Assembly (NCBI GenBank): GCA_963666315.2
Contig: CAXXHG010000017.1
Coordinates: 1-55,114, forward strand
Direction of reading: 5' to 3'
From: Candidatus Binatia bacterium
GTDB lineage: Bacteria > Desulfobacterota > Binatia > Bin18
DNA length: 55,114 nucleotides
A program made the translations under genes and the position numbers. The notes beneath the pieces were generated by a model that searched no databases, had not been told where the DNA came from, and saw only the letters and a program-made list of their open reading frames with translations. The stretch's first letter is position 1. Every line of letters starts with the position of its first letter. Positions 9,996-20,531 of the stretch are shown piece after piece.

Positions 9996-10886
9996 CTATC
10001 CCAACGTATCCTGCATCTTTGCTTTAAAATCGCGCATGACTCGGCATACGGTGTCGGGTTTTGGAGCGGCGCAGGTGGCATACAGGCCATGCAGGCCAGC
10101 ATCTCGGTAGGCGCGAATGTCATCCTGTGTAATGCTGGGATCAACCATAGAGGTAATCTCTAACTCGGCATAATCCCGTCCTCCGGCTTGCATTAAGTTG
10201 CGCAACTCATCAAAGCGGTGCTGGATCTTACTCAAGGGGATAGGCCCGATGTGCCAGCCTTGGCCGAACTCGACCACGCGCTTAAGCGCCGGCGTGGATT
10301 CGCCGCCGACCCAGATGGGCGGATGCGGTTTTTGCGTCGGCTTTGGAGCGAAATGCAGATCGCGATCGATCTGCACGAATTTCCCATCAAAGCGCGGCGT
10401 TTCGCTGGTCCAGACCTCTTTCATTACCGCAATATACTCGCGCGTGCGCGGAGCGCGTTCTTTATACTGCACCCCCAGCAGCTCAAATTCGTCCTCCATC
10501 CAGCCGACACCTGCACCAAAGATCATTCGGCCACCTGAAGCCACATCAAGCGACGCGACGACTCGCGCCATTTCTAAAGGATGACGATAGGGAATAATGG
10601 TCACGCTTGTGCCCAAGCGAACCGTCTTCGTAACAGGAATGAGCAAAGCCAGGACGGTAAACGCGTCCATCCACTCCATAGAAGTAAAGACTTGGTAGGG
10701 ATCTTGGCCTCGTGCTTGGGCCGCATCAACATAGGGATACGTCGCGTCAATCTGTTTCGGGATGGTGATGTGGTCCCCGGTTACAATGCCATGATAGCCC
10801 AGTTCTTCCGCCGTCTCGCCTATTTTGCGTGCACCATCGACCTCGCGCAGAGCCGCCCCACCGCCTAAATGCAGTCCGTAATGCAT
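9996..10886 (-). CDS. LLM class oxidoreductase, probable F420-dependent (Rv2161c-like)
   Basis: AEELGYHGIVTGDH, VRLGTSV, ASLDVASGGR.IFGAGVGW..EF, PKPTQKPHPPIWVGG. Confidence 0.88.
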   Translation of the reverse strand: MHYGLHLGGGAALREVDGARKIGETAEELGYHGIVTGDHITIPKQIDATYPYVDAAQARGQDPYQVFTSMEWMDAFTVLALLIPVTKTVRLGTSVTIIPYRHPLEMARVVASLDVASGGRMIFGAGVGWMEDEFELLGVQYKERAPRTREYIAVMKEVWTSETPRFDGKFVQIDRDLHFAPKPTQKPHPPIWVGGESTPALKRVVEFGQGWHIGPIPLSKIQHRFDELRNLMQAGGRDYAELEITSMVDPSITQDDIRAYRDAGLHGLYATCAAPKPDTVCRVMRDFKAKMQDTLG

Positions 10887-10924
10887 AATAATTCCCCTCC
10901 TTTTTTCTTGCTGGTCCTAGCCAT

Positions 10925-11686
10925 CTACTGGGCAACAATGCCGCCATCGACTGCCATGGCGTGGCCAGTGACAAACGAGGCTGCGTCGGAACACAACCAG
11001 ACTGCGGTTTCCGCAACTTCCTCCGGCTGGCCCATGCGGCCAATAGGTTCTCCGGATTCAATCTTTTGGAACATTTTCGGCCGGCGTTCCCTCAGCCGTC
11101 CGACCATTGAGGTATCGATAATGCCTGGGCAGACGGCGTTCACGCGGATGCCGGATTTGGCATATTCCAATGCGGCTGTTTTAGTCAAACCGACCACGCC
11201 GTGTTTGCTGGCCACGTAAGCCGCCATGCGCGGCGCCCCGAGTAGTCCCGCTACCGAGGCCGTATTGACGATTGCTCCCCCGCCGTTCTTGAGCAGCTGC
11301 GGAATCTCGTGCTTCATGCACAGCCATACCCCGGTCAGATTAATCGCAATCACCGTAGCCCAGTCGTCTTCCGCATAGTCAGCCGTTCGTGCCAGCGCGC
11401 CCTCGATGCCCGCGTTATTATACGCACAGTCCAGTCGGCCATATTTTTCGACGACGCTGTTTACCATAGCTTCGACTTCTGCTGCTTTGGACACATCGGC
11501 TTTGATACAAAATGCCTCGCCGCCTGCGTCGTTAATGAGGCTGATGGTTTCTTGCGCACCTTCGACATTCACATCAGCCACTGCCACCTGCGCACCTTCT
11601 CGGGAGAATATCTGTGCCGTCGCACGACCAATGCCCGAGCCTGCACCGGTGACCAGTGCAACTTTGCCTTTTGCCAAATCCGCCAT
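10925..11686 (-). CDS. SDR family oxidoreductase (paralog 1)
   Basis: TGAGSGIG, NNAG, YVASKHG, NAVCPG; 253 aa. Confidence 0.95.
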   Translation of the reverse strand: MADLAKGKVALVTGAGSGIGRATAQIFSREGAQVAVADVNVEGAQETISLINDAGGEAFCIKADVSKAAEVEAMVNSVVEKYGRLDCAYNNAGIEGALARTADYAEDDWATVIAINLTGVWLCMKHEIPQLLKNGGGAIVNTASVAGLLGAPRMAAYVASKHGVVGLTKTAALEYAKSGIRVNAVCPGIIDTSMVGRLRERRPKMFQKIESGEPIGRMGQPEEVAETAVWLCSDAASFVTGHAMAVDGGIVAQ

Positions 11687-11728
11687 TCTCTTGTCTCCTT
11701 AGATCCTCTTCTTTACTCTTTGCGCCCT

Positions 11729-12490
11729 TTACTGGGCAACGATTCCGCCGTCTACCGCCATCGGGTGGCCCGTCACGAACGATGCCGCGTCAGAGCACAG
11801 CCAGACAACGGCCTCTGCGATCTCTTGCGGCGTGCCCATCCGCCCAACTGGCTCTCCGGCCGCCATCTTTGCCGCTCTGTGTGGACGATGGTCTGTAATG
11901 CGTCCCATCATCGGCGTATCAATAGCGCCCGGACAGACCGCATTTACGCGGATGGCGGACTTGGCATACTCCAGGGCTGCCGTTTTTGTGAGTCCGAGGA
12001 CGCCGTGTTTGCTGGCGACATAGGCCGACCCTGTGCGGAAGCCCAGCAAGCCCGCTACTGAAGAGGTGTTCACGATCGCGCCACCTCCCTGCTGCAGCAT
12101 TTGAGGGATTTCGTACTTCATACACAACCATACCCCGGTCAAGTTAATCGCGATGACACGGTCCCAATCCGCTTCATCGTAGTCAGTGATCTTTGCAGAA
12201 TTGCCTTCAATCCCGGCGTTATTATGCGCACAGTCCAGCCGGCCATATGCCTCGACAGCCTTGGCAATCAGGGCTTCTACCTGTGCCGCTTGCGACACAT
12301 CCGCTTTGATAAACACTGCCTCGCCGCCCGTCTTCTTGATGAGCTGGACCGTCTCTTCTCCACCCTCAACGGCAACGTCGGACACCACGACCTGGGCGCC
12401 TTCTCGCGCAAACGTCAGGGCGGACGCTCTGCCAATACCCGAACCGCTGCCCGTCACAAGGGCCACTTTATCTTTTACTAAATTTGGCAT
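11729..12490 (-). CDS. SDR family oxidoreductase (paralog 2)
   Basis: TGSGSGIG, NNAG, YVASKHG; 253 aa. Confidence 0.95.
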   Translation of the reverse strand: MPNLVKDKVALVTGSGSGIGRASALTFAREGAQVVVSDVAVEGGEETVQLIKKTGGEAVFIKADVSQAAQVEALIAKAVEAYGRLDCAHNNAGIEGNSAKITDYDEADWDRVIAINLTGVWLCMKYEIPQMLQQGGGAIVNTSSVAGLLGFRTGSAYVASKHGVLGLTKTAALEYAKSAIRVNAVCPGAIDTPMMGRITDHRPHRAAKMAAGEPVGRMGTPQEIAEAVVWLCSDAASFVTGHPMAVDGGIVAQ

Positions 12491-12504
12491 GATACATTCT
12501 CCTT

Positions 12505-13224
12505 TTACTCACCGAGACGTGTGTTGAACCTCTCCGCGTAGCCATTTGCAAGTCGATTGAGGGCACTCGCGCAGTCTCCACGGAACGCGGGACCATGCAT
12601 GAGGGCGAGCATGTCAGGTTTCAGGTCTGCAAGCCGCCGAATCGTTGGCGCGGTGTTCGGCGTCAGTGCCGTTGCTCCAAAGATATCTTCTGCCGCCAAA
12701 GCAGGCTCGACCGGATCTTCTGCCGAGACGGCGGGACTGCTGCCTATGCGAGTGAACAGGTCGCCACAGAAGAGGGTTTTTGTGGTTTCCTCAAACATGA
12801 CTCCGGCGTCCCAGCTATGAGGCACATGCGGCGTTGCCACATAGCGTACCTGTTTGTCGCCTAAATCAATGGTCTCACCATCTTCGAGTGGTCGGGGTGG
12901 GCGGATAGCGAGATCGTTGACTGAGGTCATACAGCAGATCGTACCAACGGCAACTTGCGCATCCGGCGCAGCCGCAAGCCAGTCGTTCATTGTTCCGGAC
13001 TCATCGGCCTCGAAATGCCCAAACGAAATCCAGCGCAAGCGCTCAAGCGGGATCACCTTTGCCACCGCCTCAGACACAAGGGGAAAGAGTCCGTGCGTTC
13101 CGCAGTGAAAAAGCAACGGCTGGTCGGCATTGATCAGGTATTGGTTGAACATGAAGTCGGCCTGTTCGATATAGGTTGAGACGCGGTAAATACCGCCAGT
13201 AATCTCATCTACGGTGGTTTTCAT
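12505..13224 (-). CDS. MBL-fold metallo-protein, FprA/ODP-like di-iron domain only
   Basis: GHFEADE, TPHVPH.W, LFCGDLF, LMHG; start ATG 13224 after AGGAGG. Confidence 0.8.
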   Translation of the reverse strand: MKTTVDEITGGIYRVSTYIEQADFMFNQYLINADQPLLFHCGTHGLFPLVSEAVAKVIPLERLRWISFGHFEADESGTMNDWLAAAPDAQVAVGTICCMTSVNDLAIRPPRPLEDGETIDLGDKQVRYVATPHVPHSWDAGVMFEETTKTLFCGDLFTRIGSSPAVSAEDPVEPALAAEDIFGATALTPNTAPTIRRLADLKPDMLALMHGPAFRGDCASALNRLANGYAERFNTRLGE

Positions 13225-13394
13225 AGCGACCTCCTTTTCGGTTGGACTGTCTATGCATGCTGAAACAGGCGCACCCACTCTCCAAACTTATCTCGACGGA
13301 TTATATAGATGCAGGGAGAAATCCGCCAGTTCATTTCTTTGCATTTGACGCTGCGCGAGAAATTGCTAAGAGAGGGCAAAGGAGAAGTGGTCTT

Positions 13395-14354
13395 ATGAGT
13401 AAATGGCAGTACACCAAAGGGCTGCACGATTTGGGGAATAATGTTTACGCCTACTTGCTGCCCGACGGCTCGTGGGGCTGGAGTAATGCCGGTCTTGTAG
13501 TGGACGGTGACCAGTCGTTGCTGGTAGATACGCTTTTTGACCTGTCTTTAACCCAGGAAATGCTGGCTACCATGCAGGATGCAACTGGAGCAGGATCGAT
13601 CAATACTCTGGTGAACACGCATGCCAACGGTGACCATTGGTTTGGCAATCAACTGGTGCAAGGCGCAGAAATCATCGCCTCCAAGGCTTGTGCAGAAGAA
13701 ATGGAAGAACTTCCACCAAATCGTATTGCCGACATGGTGCAAGCGGCGCCCAACATGGGTGAGCTGGGCGAATACCTTACGGAAATTTTAGGCTCGTTCA
13801 GTTTCGAGGGTATTGTTCCCACGCCTCCTTCTCGAACGTTCGAGAAACGGTTGGATCTCAAAGTTGGCGATAAGGACGTACAGCTCATTGAAGTTGGTCC
13901 TGCCCACACACGTGGCGATGTCCTGGCTTATGTGCCCGGAGACCGGACGATTTTTACGGGAGATATTTTATTTATCGATGGTACCACGCTGATGTGGAAC
14001 GGGCCGATTGCCAACTGGATCAAGGCGTGTGATCTCATGCTCGAATTGGATGTGGAAACCGTTGTGCCCGGCCACGGACCGATTACGGATAAGCGCGGCG
14101 TTGAGTCGGTCAAAGGTTATCTGGAATATATCGAGGCCGAGGCCCGCAAACGTTACGACGCTGGGATGTCGGAGACAGAAGCCGCCAATGACATTGCGCT
14201 GAGCGATTACTCTGCCTGGGGGGATGCCGAGCGTATTGTTGTGAATGTGAACACGCTTTACCGAGAATTCAGCGGTAAGACGGCCTCACCCAGTATTGGC
14301 GATCTCTTCGGCGGAATGGCTGCATGGGCGAAGAAGCGGAAGCCGGCGTCGTAA
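13395..14354 (+). CDS. MBL-fold metallo-hydrolase (cyclase-like)
   Basis: WGWSNAG, NTHANGDHWFGN, PAHTRGD, FTGD, VPGHGP; ATG 13395 after GGAG. Confidence 0.88.
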   Translation: MSKWQYTKGLHDLGNNVYAYLLPDGSWGWSNAGLVVDGDQSLLVDTLFDLSLTQEMLATMQDATGAGSINTLVNTHANGDHWFGNQLVQGAEIIASKACAEEMEELPPNRIADMVQAAPNMGELGEYLTEILGSFSFEGIVPTPPSRTFEKRLDLKVGDKDVQLIEVGPAHTRGDVLAYVPGDRTIFTGDILFIDGTTLMWNGPIANWIKACDLMLELDVETVVPGHGPITDKRGVESVKGYLEYIEAEARKRYDAGMSETEAANDIALSDYSAWGDAERIVVNVNTLYREFSGKTASPSIGDLFGGMAAWAKKRKPAS

Positions 14355-14369
14355 TCGTCGTTTCCGAAT

Positions 14370-15104
14370 TCACTCCTGCGGCGCAAACTGCATCCCGAGA
14401 ACGTTTGCACCCTCGGTACCCGCGCGCAGTGTAATTTGTCCGTCCTGTGGGCCAATATAAACCGACGACCATTTGGCATACTCGCCGCCTTCGCATCTGA
14501 CCGAGCCCTGCAGGGGGACGAAGAATTGCCCGCCGCCCGATGCAAGATATGGCGTTTCCAAGGTCGCACCTGCGGGAAGCTGCCAGCAGCGGGCCCATAT
14601 CTCGGCTTCTGCGATTAACGTCGTCTCCGAAGCGCCTGCTGGTGCCCCGCCTGTCACGTTCATGTGTTCGAGGATGATTCGAGGCGGTTTGCCTTTCAGT
14701 TTTTCGCGGATGATGTCGGCGTCCTTGGGCATCACGTGCGTCTCATCGTTGGGTCTTGGCCAGAAAGCGAGGAGGGCGAATCCCTCCTGTAAGACCTCAA
14801 TCGGTCCGTACGGCACCCACTTATCCGTGTACTGGACGGTGATGAGCGAGACCGGCTTCTTGGCCAGATGGGCGGAACCGGTCAGGTAGACTTGCCATTG
14901 GTCAACAGGATGGGAGTGCGTCAGCGCGATGCCTTCTCCGTACTCGGCAAACAGGGCTTGTCCACCGTTGAGATGGACAGGATCGTTGGCGTCTCGGAAG
15001 TCGGCAATCAGATTGGTGATGTGTGTTTCCAACTGTACCGCTGGATACTCGGGAAGCAGATAGCGATTTTTGTGGGCTTCCGGAAAGCTGGCTGCTTTAA
15101 TCAT
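14370..15104 (-). CDS. Hypothetical protein, probable cupin-like beta-barrel
   Basis: HSHPVDQWQV..GS, YTDKWVPYGPI, GGQFFVPLQGS; starts 14 nt after SDR paralog 3. Confidence 0.65.
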   Translation of the reverse strand: MIKAASFPEAHKNRYLLPEYPAVQLETHITNLIADFRDANDPVHLNGGQALFAEYGEGIALTHSHPVDQWQVYLTGSAHLAKKPVSLITVQYTDKWVPYGPIEVLQEGFALLAFWPRPNDETHVMPKDADIIREKLKGKPPRIILEHMNVTGGAPAGASETTLIAEAEIWARCWQLPAGATLETPYLASGGGQFFVPLQGSVRCEGGEYAKWSSVYIGPQDGQITLRAGTEGANVLGMQFAPQE

Positions 15105-15118
15105 GGGATACCCCTTTG

Positions 15119-15880
15119 TTACTGCGTCACCGCTCCACCATCCACGGCCATGGCATGGCCGGTCACAAACGATGCCGCGTCCGAGCACAGCCAGACTACG
15201 GCTGCGGCGATTTCTTCGGGCTGTCCGGAGCGGCCTATCGGTTCCGCGGCGATCATTTTGTCCAAGATGTCAGGCCGGCCGCCAGTCACGCGTTCGACCA
15301 TCGGGGTCTTGATCACGCCAGGGCAGACCGCGTTCACACGAATACCGGACTTGGCATATTCAAGCGCTGCCGTTTTGGTGAGCCCGACGACGCCATGTTT
15401 GCTGGCCACATAGGCGGGCATACGCTTCACTCCGATCAGGCCGGCACCGGAGGCGGTGTTCACAATCGCTCCACTGCCTTGCTGCAGCATTTGCGGAATC
15501 TCATATTTCATGCACAGCCACACGCCAGTGAGATTAATCCGGATAACCTGATCCCACTGGTCTTCTTCATACTCTGCCGTTCGGATGAGTGCCCCTTCAA
15601 CTCCAGCATTGTTGTGGGCGCAATCGAGTCGTCCGTAAGTCTCAACAGTTTTCTTGACCATAGCCTCGACCGAGGCGGCCTCGGCCATATTGGCCTGGAT
15701 GAAACATGCCTGGCCGCCGGCGCCTTTGAATAAAGAAACGGTCTCTTCTCCACCCACAATATTGAGATCGGCCACAGCGACCTTGGCCCCTGCGCTGGCA
15801 AATGCGAGTGCGGTTGCCCGGCCAATGCCTGAGCTGCCTCCCGTCACGAGTGCAACTTTGTCTTGTGCTGAATCTGTCAT
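15119..15880 (-). CDS. SDR family oxidoreductase (paralog 3)
   Basis: TGGSSGIG, NNAG, YVASKHG; 253 aa. Confidence 0.95.
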   Translation of the reverse strand: MTDSAQDKVALVTGGSSGIGRATALAFASAGAKVAVADLNIVGGEETVSLFKGAGGQACFIQANMAEAASVEAMVKKTVETYGRLDCAHNNAGVEGALIRTAEYEEDQWDQVIRINLTGVWLCMKYEIPQMLQQGSGAIVNTASGAGLIGVKRMPAYVASKHGVVGLTKTAALEYAKSGIRVNAVCPGVIKTPMVERVTGGRPDILDKMIAAEPIGRSGQPEEIAAAVVWLCSDAASFVTGHAMAVDGGAVTQ

Positions 15881-15881
15881 G

Positions 15882-15993
15882 TGTCATGATAAATCTGTCA
15901 TGATAAATCTGTCATGATAAATCTGTCATGATAAATCTGTCATGATAAATCTGTCATGATAAATCTGTCATGATAAATCTGTCATGATAAATC
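15882..15993. repeat. Perfect tandem repeat, 8 x 14 bp TGTCATGATAAATC
   Basis: Counted directly; lies between the SD-like TAAGGGGG (about 15993-16000, - strand) and the SDR start codon at 15880. Confidence 0.97.
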
Positions 15994-16085
15994 CCCCTTA
16001 GCCCTCCTTGACGTTTCGGATGAGATCATGCCCATAGTGGATCTGAATCGCAAGAGCGACGAGCCTGAAAAAGGGGGCGAACACT

Positions 16086-16424
16086 ATGGGACTCTATCGA
16101 CTGTATACCGGAGACGACGGACAATCGCACTTTGAAGACCAAACGCTTAGTTCCCACCCAGCCTTAACCGAGTCGCAGGCGACTTCACATATCTCTTTCG
16201 TAGAAGTGCCGGTCGGAACCTTTATGGACTGGCATCCTGCACCGCGCCGTCAATACGTCATTATTTTATCGGGCCAATTAGAAATCGGCTTAGGCGACGG
16301 AACCAAACGACGCTTTGGAGCCGGCGACGCGCGGTTGGTTGAAGACACCACTGGCCAAGGTCATACGACGTGCGTGGTGAGTGACGAGCCTGTGATCATG
16401 GGTGTTGTGCCGTTGGCGGAGTGA
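16086..16424 (+). CDS. Small cupin-like conserved protein
   Basis: YTGDDGQSHFED, WHPAPRRQYVIILSG, EDTTGQGH. Confidence 0.8.
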   Translation: MGLYRLYTGDDGQSHFEDQTLSSHPALTESQATSHISFVEVPVGTFMDWHPAPRRQYVIILSGQLEIGLGDGTKRRFGAGDARLVEDTTGQGHTTCVVSDEPVIMGVVPLAE

Positions 16425-16494
16425 GGGCGAGGAGCAATCTTATGCTGTAACCTCTTTGATCATTGAGAGTGTATGGGAGGGCTGAGCGGATTCC

Positions 16495-19400
16495 GAGCAA
16501 CTCATCCAGCAATGTCTTGGCCTCTTGCAAATCTTTCGTGTCAAAGCCTTCGCTGAATCAATTATAGACGGGGGAGAGTAGGTTGCGAGCATCGATCCGC
16601 TTCCCCTGCTGCAGCCACAGACGGGCCAGGCTGGTGGTGGTGCGCAGTTCCCATGATTTCGCTTGTTGCTGGCGGGCTACGTCGAGGGCCTGGTGAAAAT
16701 ATGCCTCTGCTGCTGCTTCATCTCCTGAGGGCAGCGTCAGCTCTCCCTTCAGCCGATCCAGCTCAGCTTCATAGGCACACTCGTTCAGCGTTTCGACCTC
16801 ATGCAAGGCGTTAGTAAGTTCGGCGAACGCCGCGTCCAGCTGGCCGTTACCTTCATAGGCCTCAGCCGAGAGACCAAGATATTTGGTCCTCCCCATCGTC
16901 AATCCGTGCTCCTGGTAGACAGCCAGACCTTGTTGGAGTTGGGCAATACCTGCTTCGTTCTGGCCTTGCAGGGCCAACGCCCAGCCGAATAATATCTGTC
17001 CAAGCGCCAGCCAGTGCGGAAATTCCTGTTCAGTTGCAACACGGATAGCGGCTTCGGCTTGTCCTTGGGCAAGGTGCGTCTCTCGGCGTAGCTGTTGAAT
17101 CAGGCCGAGGAAGCCAGCGCAAACACTACGCTGAACGGCTGGGCGACGCCCTCAGCCAGCCGAAGACTCTTCTGGATCTGCAAGTGAGCCTTGTCCGGAT
17201 AACCCAGATGCCAGAGGGTGAAGGCGAGGTAGACACCGCACGCCACCCCGCTATCTGACCCGTATAAAAAGGCTAGTGTGTCATGAAGCTGAGGGTCGTA
17301 GAGGGCAACGCCCTGCCCACAGAACTCTCGGGCGACGGTCAGTTCCCCTTGCCAGAACGAGCGTGCCCCCCGCGTAAAGTTCACTTGCACAAGGAGAGCC
17401 GGGTCCTCAGAGGTTTCAGCGAGACCGAGAAGCTGCTCCATTAGCTCTTGTGACTTCTCGCCTTCACCCCGGTGACTATACAAGCGTGATAATGCCCATA
17501 ACACCGGGGCGAGTCGGGTCGTTTCCCCAAACTGCTGACAAAGTTCACGTGCACGGAGGTACGCGCGTTCCACCTCCACGGCGCCATAATTTTTAGTGGC
17601 GGCCAACACGGGTCCCAGATCGAGTTGAAGTAAGAGTTCTTGTCGAGCCTGTTCCGGGCTGTCAGGCAGGGCTTCCAGTAGGTCCAGTCCTGTACTTAGA
17701 TGGTGCTCTGCTTCAACATTAGCCGAACGCTGAGTAGCACGCTGGCCAGCCTGTTGCCATTAGGGAATAGCTTGTTCACTGCGCTGGGCCTCGGTGTAAT
17801 GATGCGCAACGAGTTCCGGTTGCGTCTCTTTTGTCTCGGGAAACTGTTCCTCAAAGACCTGCGCGATCTGGTGATGATAGTGGCGGCGGGCACGTCTCAG
17901 CAACGACTCATACGCTGTATCCTGGATTAGCGCATGCTTAAATTGGTAGCTTGCCTGCGGCGGCTGTTCTTGCTGGTGCACCAGCTCGGCTGCAACGAGC
18001 TGCTGGAGTGCTCCCTCCAAGCTCTCCGCCTCCTCCGGGTGGACGGCCTGGAGCACGTCATAGCGAAATTCCCGCCCAATCACGGCCCCGAGCTTGGCCA
18101 CCCCTTCGCCGGTCCCAGCCGGTCCAACCGCGCCATTAATGCATCTTGCAGCGTCACCGGAATCGTGCCTTCGGCCAGCGGGCCGATGAGCTCATAGTGG
18201 CCATTAACAGCGTGTAATATCCCTGACTCGACGATCGTCTTCGTCAACTCTTCGACAAACAACGGAATGCCATCTGTCTTGGTCACGATCTGCTCTAACA
18301 CCTCAGCCGGGAGCGGTCGGCCTCCTGTCACGTTGGCCACTATTCCCTCAATCTGCCCCGCGCCTAAGCGCGGCAACTCCACGTGCGTCAGATAGGCCGG
18401 TGCTCCCCAGGGCGCAATAAATTCCGGACGATACGTGATGAGGAGACACAGACGGGCTTGCGTTATCTGCTCCAGAAGTAAACTCAGCATCTCCAATGAC
18501 GACGGATCGATCCAATGCAGGTCCTCCCACACGAGCAGCGTTGGCTGGTGGGCGGCTTCTTCGCCCAGCCAGGCGACCAGCGCATCTTGCGTCTTCTGCC
18601 GCTGTTGTTGGGGGGTACCGCCGAGGGCGGGATACTCGTCCGGAGGCGGAAGGGATAAAAACTGCGCAAATAGAGGGACCGTCTCCGCCTCTGGAAACTG
18701 ATACGCTTCTAGTTTTTGTTTAAGTTTCCTGATTTTTGCGTCCGCGCCGTCGGCACGTGCAAATCCCGACCAGTGCTGGAGCAGCTCGGTGAGGGGAGAG
18801 AAAGCACTGTGCTGGGAGTAGGGCGAACAGCGCAGCCGCAGCTGGGTGGCACCCTCGTGTGCGGTCTGCTCACACAGCGCTTCGACTAAGCGCGACTTGC
18901 CGATGCCGGCCTCGCTGCTCACCACGATCACTTGCCGCTGTGCGGCTTGGCTCTGACCCCACTTGTCGCGTAAAAGCGTTATCTCCTCCTCGCGACCGAC
19001 CATCTGCGCCAGGCCCTGGGCAGCTACTACATCGAGCCGGCTCTGGGTAGCACTCTCCTGTACGACCCGGCGGAGGAGCATCGGTTCTGGGACTCCCTTA
19101 AGCGTATGACTCCCCAACTCCTCCCACTCGAAATACCCGGCCACCAACTGGGCGGTAGTGGGACTGATCGCTACTGTCCCGGGTTGCGCCACGCCTTGTA
19201 CCCGCGTGGCCACATTCGGCGTCTCGCCCATGGCGAGCTGATCGGTGCGGCTGCCAGCACCGATCTCGCCTGCCACGACTAAACCGGTATGAATACCCAT
19301 CCGCAGGGCCGCCTCCACGTCGTGTTCTGCTGCTATCCGGCTATTTAGGGGCTGCGTGGCGTCCAGGATAGCCAAGCCCGCGCGCACGGCCCGCTGGGCA

Positions 19401-20236
19401 TCATCTTCATTCGCTGCCGGATACCCAAAGTAGACCAGCAAGCCCGTATCTAAATATTGAGCGATATGGCCGGCATACCGAGCAATCACTTCAGCACTTG
19501 TTGTTTGATAGTCCCGTACGATGGCCAACAGGGCTTCCGGGCTCAGCTGGGCGGCTAACCGGGCCGCCCCGGCTAGTAGGCAGAACCTCACCGTCAGTTG
19601 ACGACGTTCGGCGGCATCGACTCCCTGCTCTCTTGAGTCGGTGGTGCTGGATCCCTGCTACTGCGCGTCTTGAAGCATCGAGCGGACCTGGAACACCCCA
19701 ACAGGGGCGGCAACGCCTTTGATGGCATGGGTACCCCGATCGTCCATCGCATATGTGTCGGAGAGATACTCTGCCGTGGATGTACTGACGACGACCGAGT
19801 TCGGAGTCGCCAGATCTTGAATTCCAGCCGCGATCGTCGGCGTCTCGCCGACGGTCAGTTGTTCGGTGTGACGCGCATCGCCGAGTGCCCCAAACACGGC
19901 TGGCCCCGTGTGCACGCCAATACGCACGGCTAGCGTTACGCCATAATCCTGCTGTAACCGTTCATTGAGTTCGGCCACCGCGGTCACGATCCTCAGCCCA
20001 GCTTGGACCGCATGCTGCGCGTCATCTTCGTGAACCTGGGGATAGCCAAAGTAGACCAACAAACCATCGCCTTGGTATGGCGCGACATGGCCTCCTAAGC
20101 GTTGGAGTATGGCGACACTCACCTGTTGATAAGCGCGCACGATATCCCGCCAGTCTTCCGGATCGAATTGACTCGACAGCTGGGTCGAGCTCACGAGATC
20201 ACTAAACAATACCGTCAGCGTCGTCTCTTCCGCCAT
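16495..20236 (-). pseudogene. Disrupted class III adenylate/guanylate cyclase (two tandem cyclase domains) - AAA ATPase - TPR protein
   Basis: TVLFSDLV/YQGDG/RIGVHTG, second AERRQLTV domain, EAGIGKS, WEDLHW, terminal xFSEGFDTKDL; lesions TAG 19658, frameshift near 18101, TAA 17760, frameshift near 17112, TGA 16558. Confidence 0.88.
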
Positions 20237-20491
20237 AGAGTCTCAGTCTTTGTCTGTGTCTGGTGGGGCGGTGGACAGCTCAAGCAGATAGGTGCGGTCG
20301 GCTAACGACACCCCCGCCCATAAGCCACGGCTTGGTAAGTTAAATTGTTCACACTCACAATCCGACACACCTCACCTCCCCAGGCTGTCCGCGTGGAGAT
20401 GATCATATCCAGAGTGCTGGCAGATCGCACACAGCCGGTCCGGCTGTTCAGACATAGGTTTTTCTTTATGGCCCGACAAGCTTATCTGACC

Positions 20492-20519
20492 GTAGGGGCA
20501 ATTCATGAATTGCCCCTAC
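20492..20519. repeat. GTAG-tagged REP-like perfect palindrome
   Basis: GTAGGGGCAATTCATGAATTGCCCCTAC, 28-bp perfect palindrome just downstream of the UGSC gene. Confidence 0.8.
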
Positions 20520-20531
20520 CCACAAAACTGC

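Noticed and set aside
15882-15993. CRISPR array
   Set aside because: Units are 14 bp, directly adjacent, with no spacers and no cas genes; it is a simple tandem repeat
16558-16560. In-frame TGA as a third selenocysteine
   Set aside because: It falls at the Trp of the family motif YxWFxEGFDT (TGG to TGA) in a gene with four other lesions
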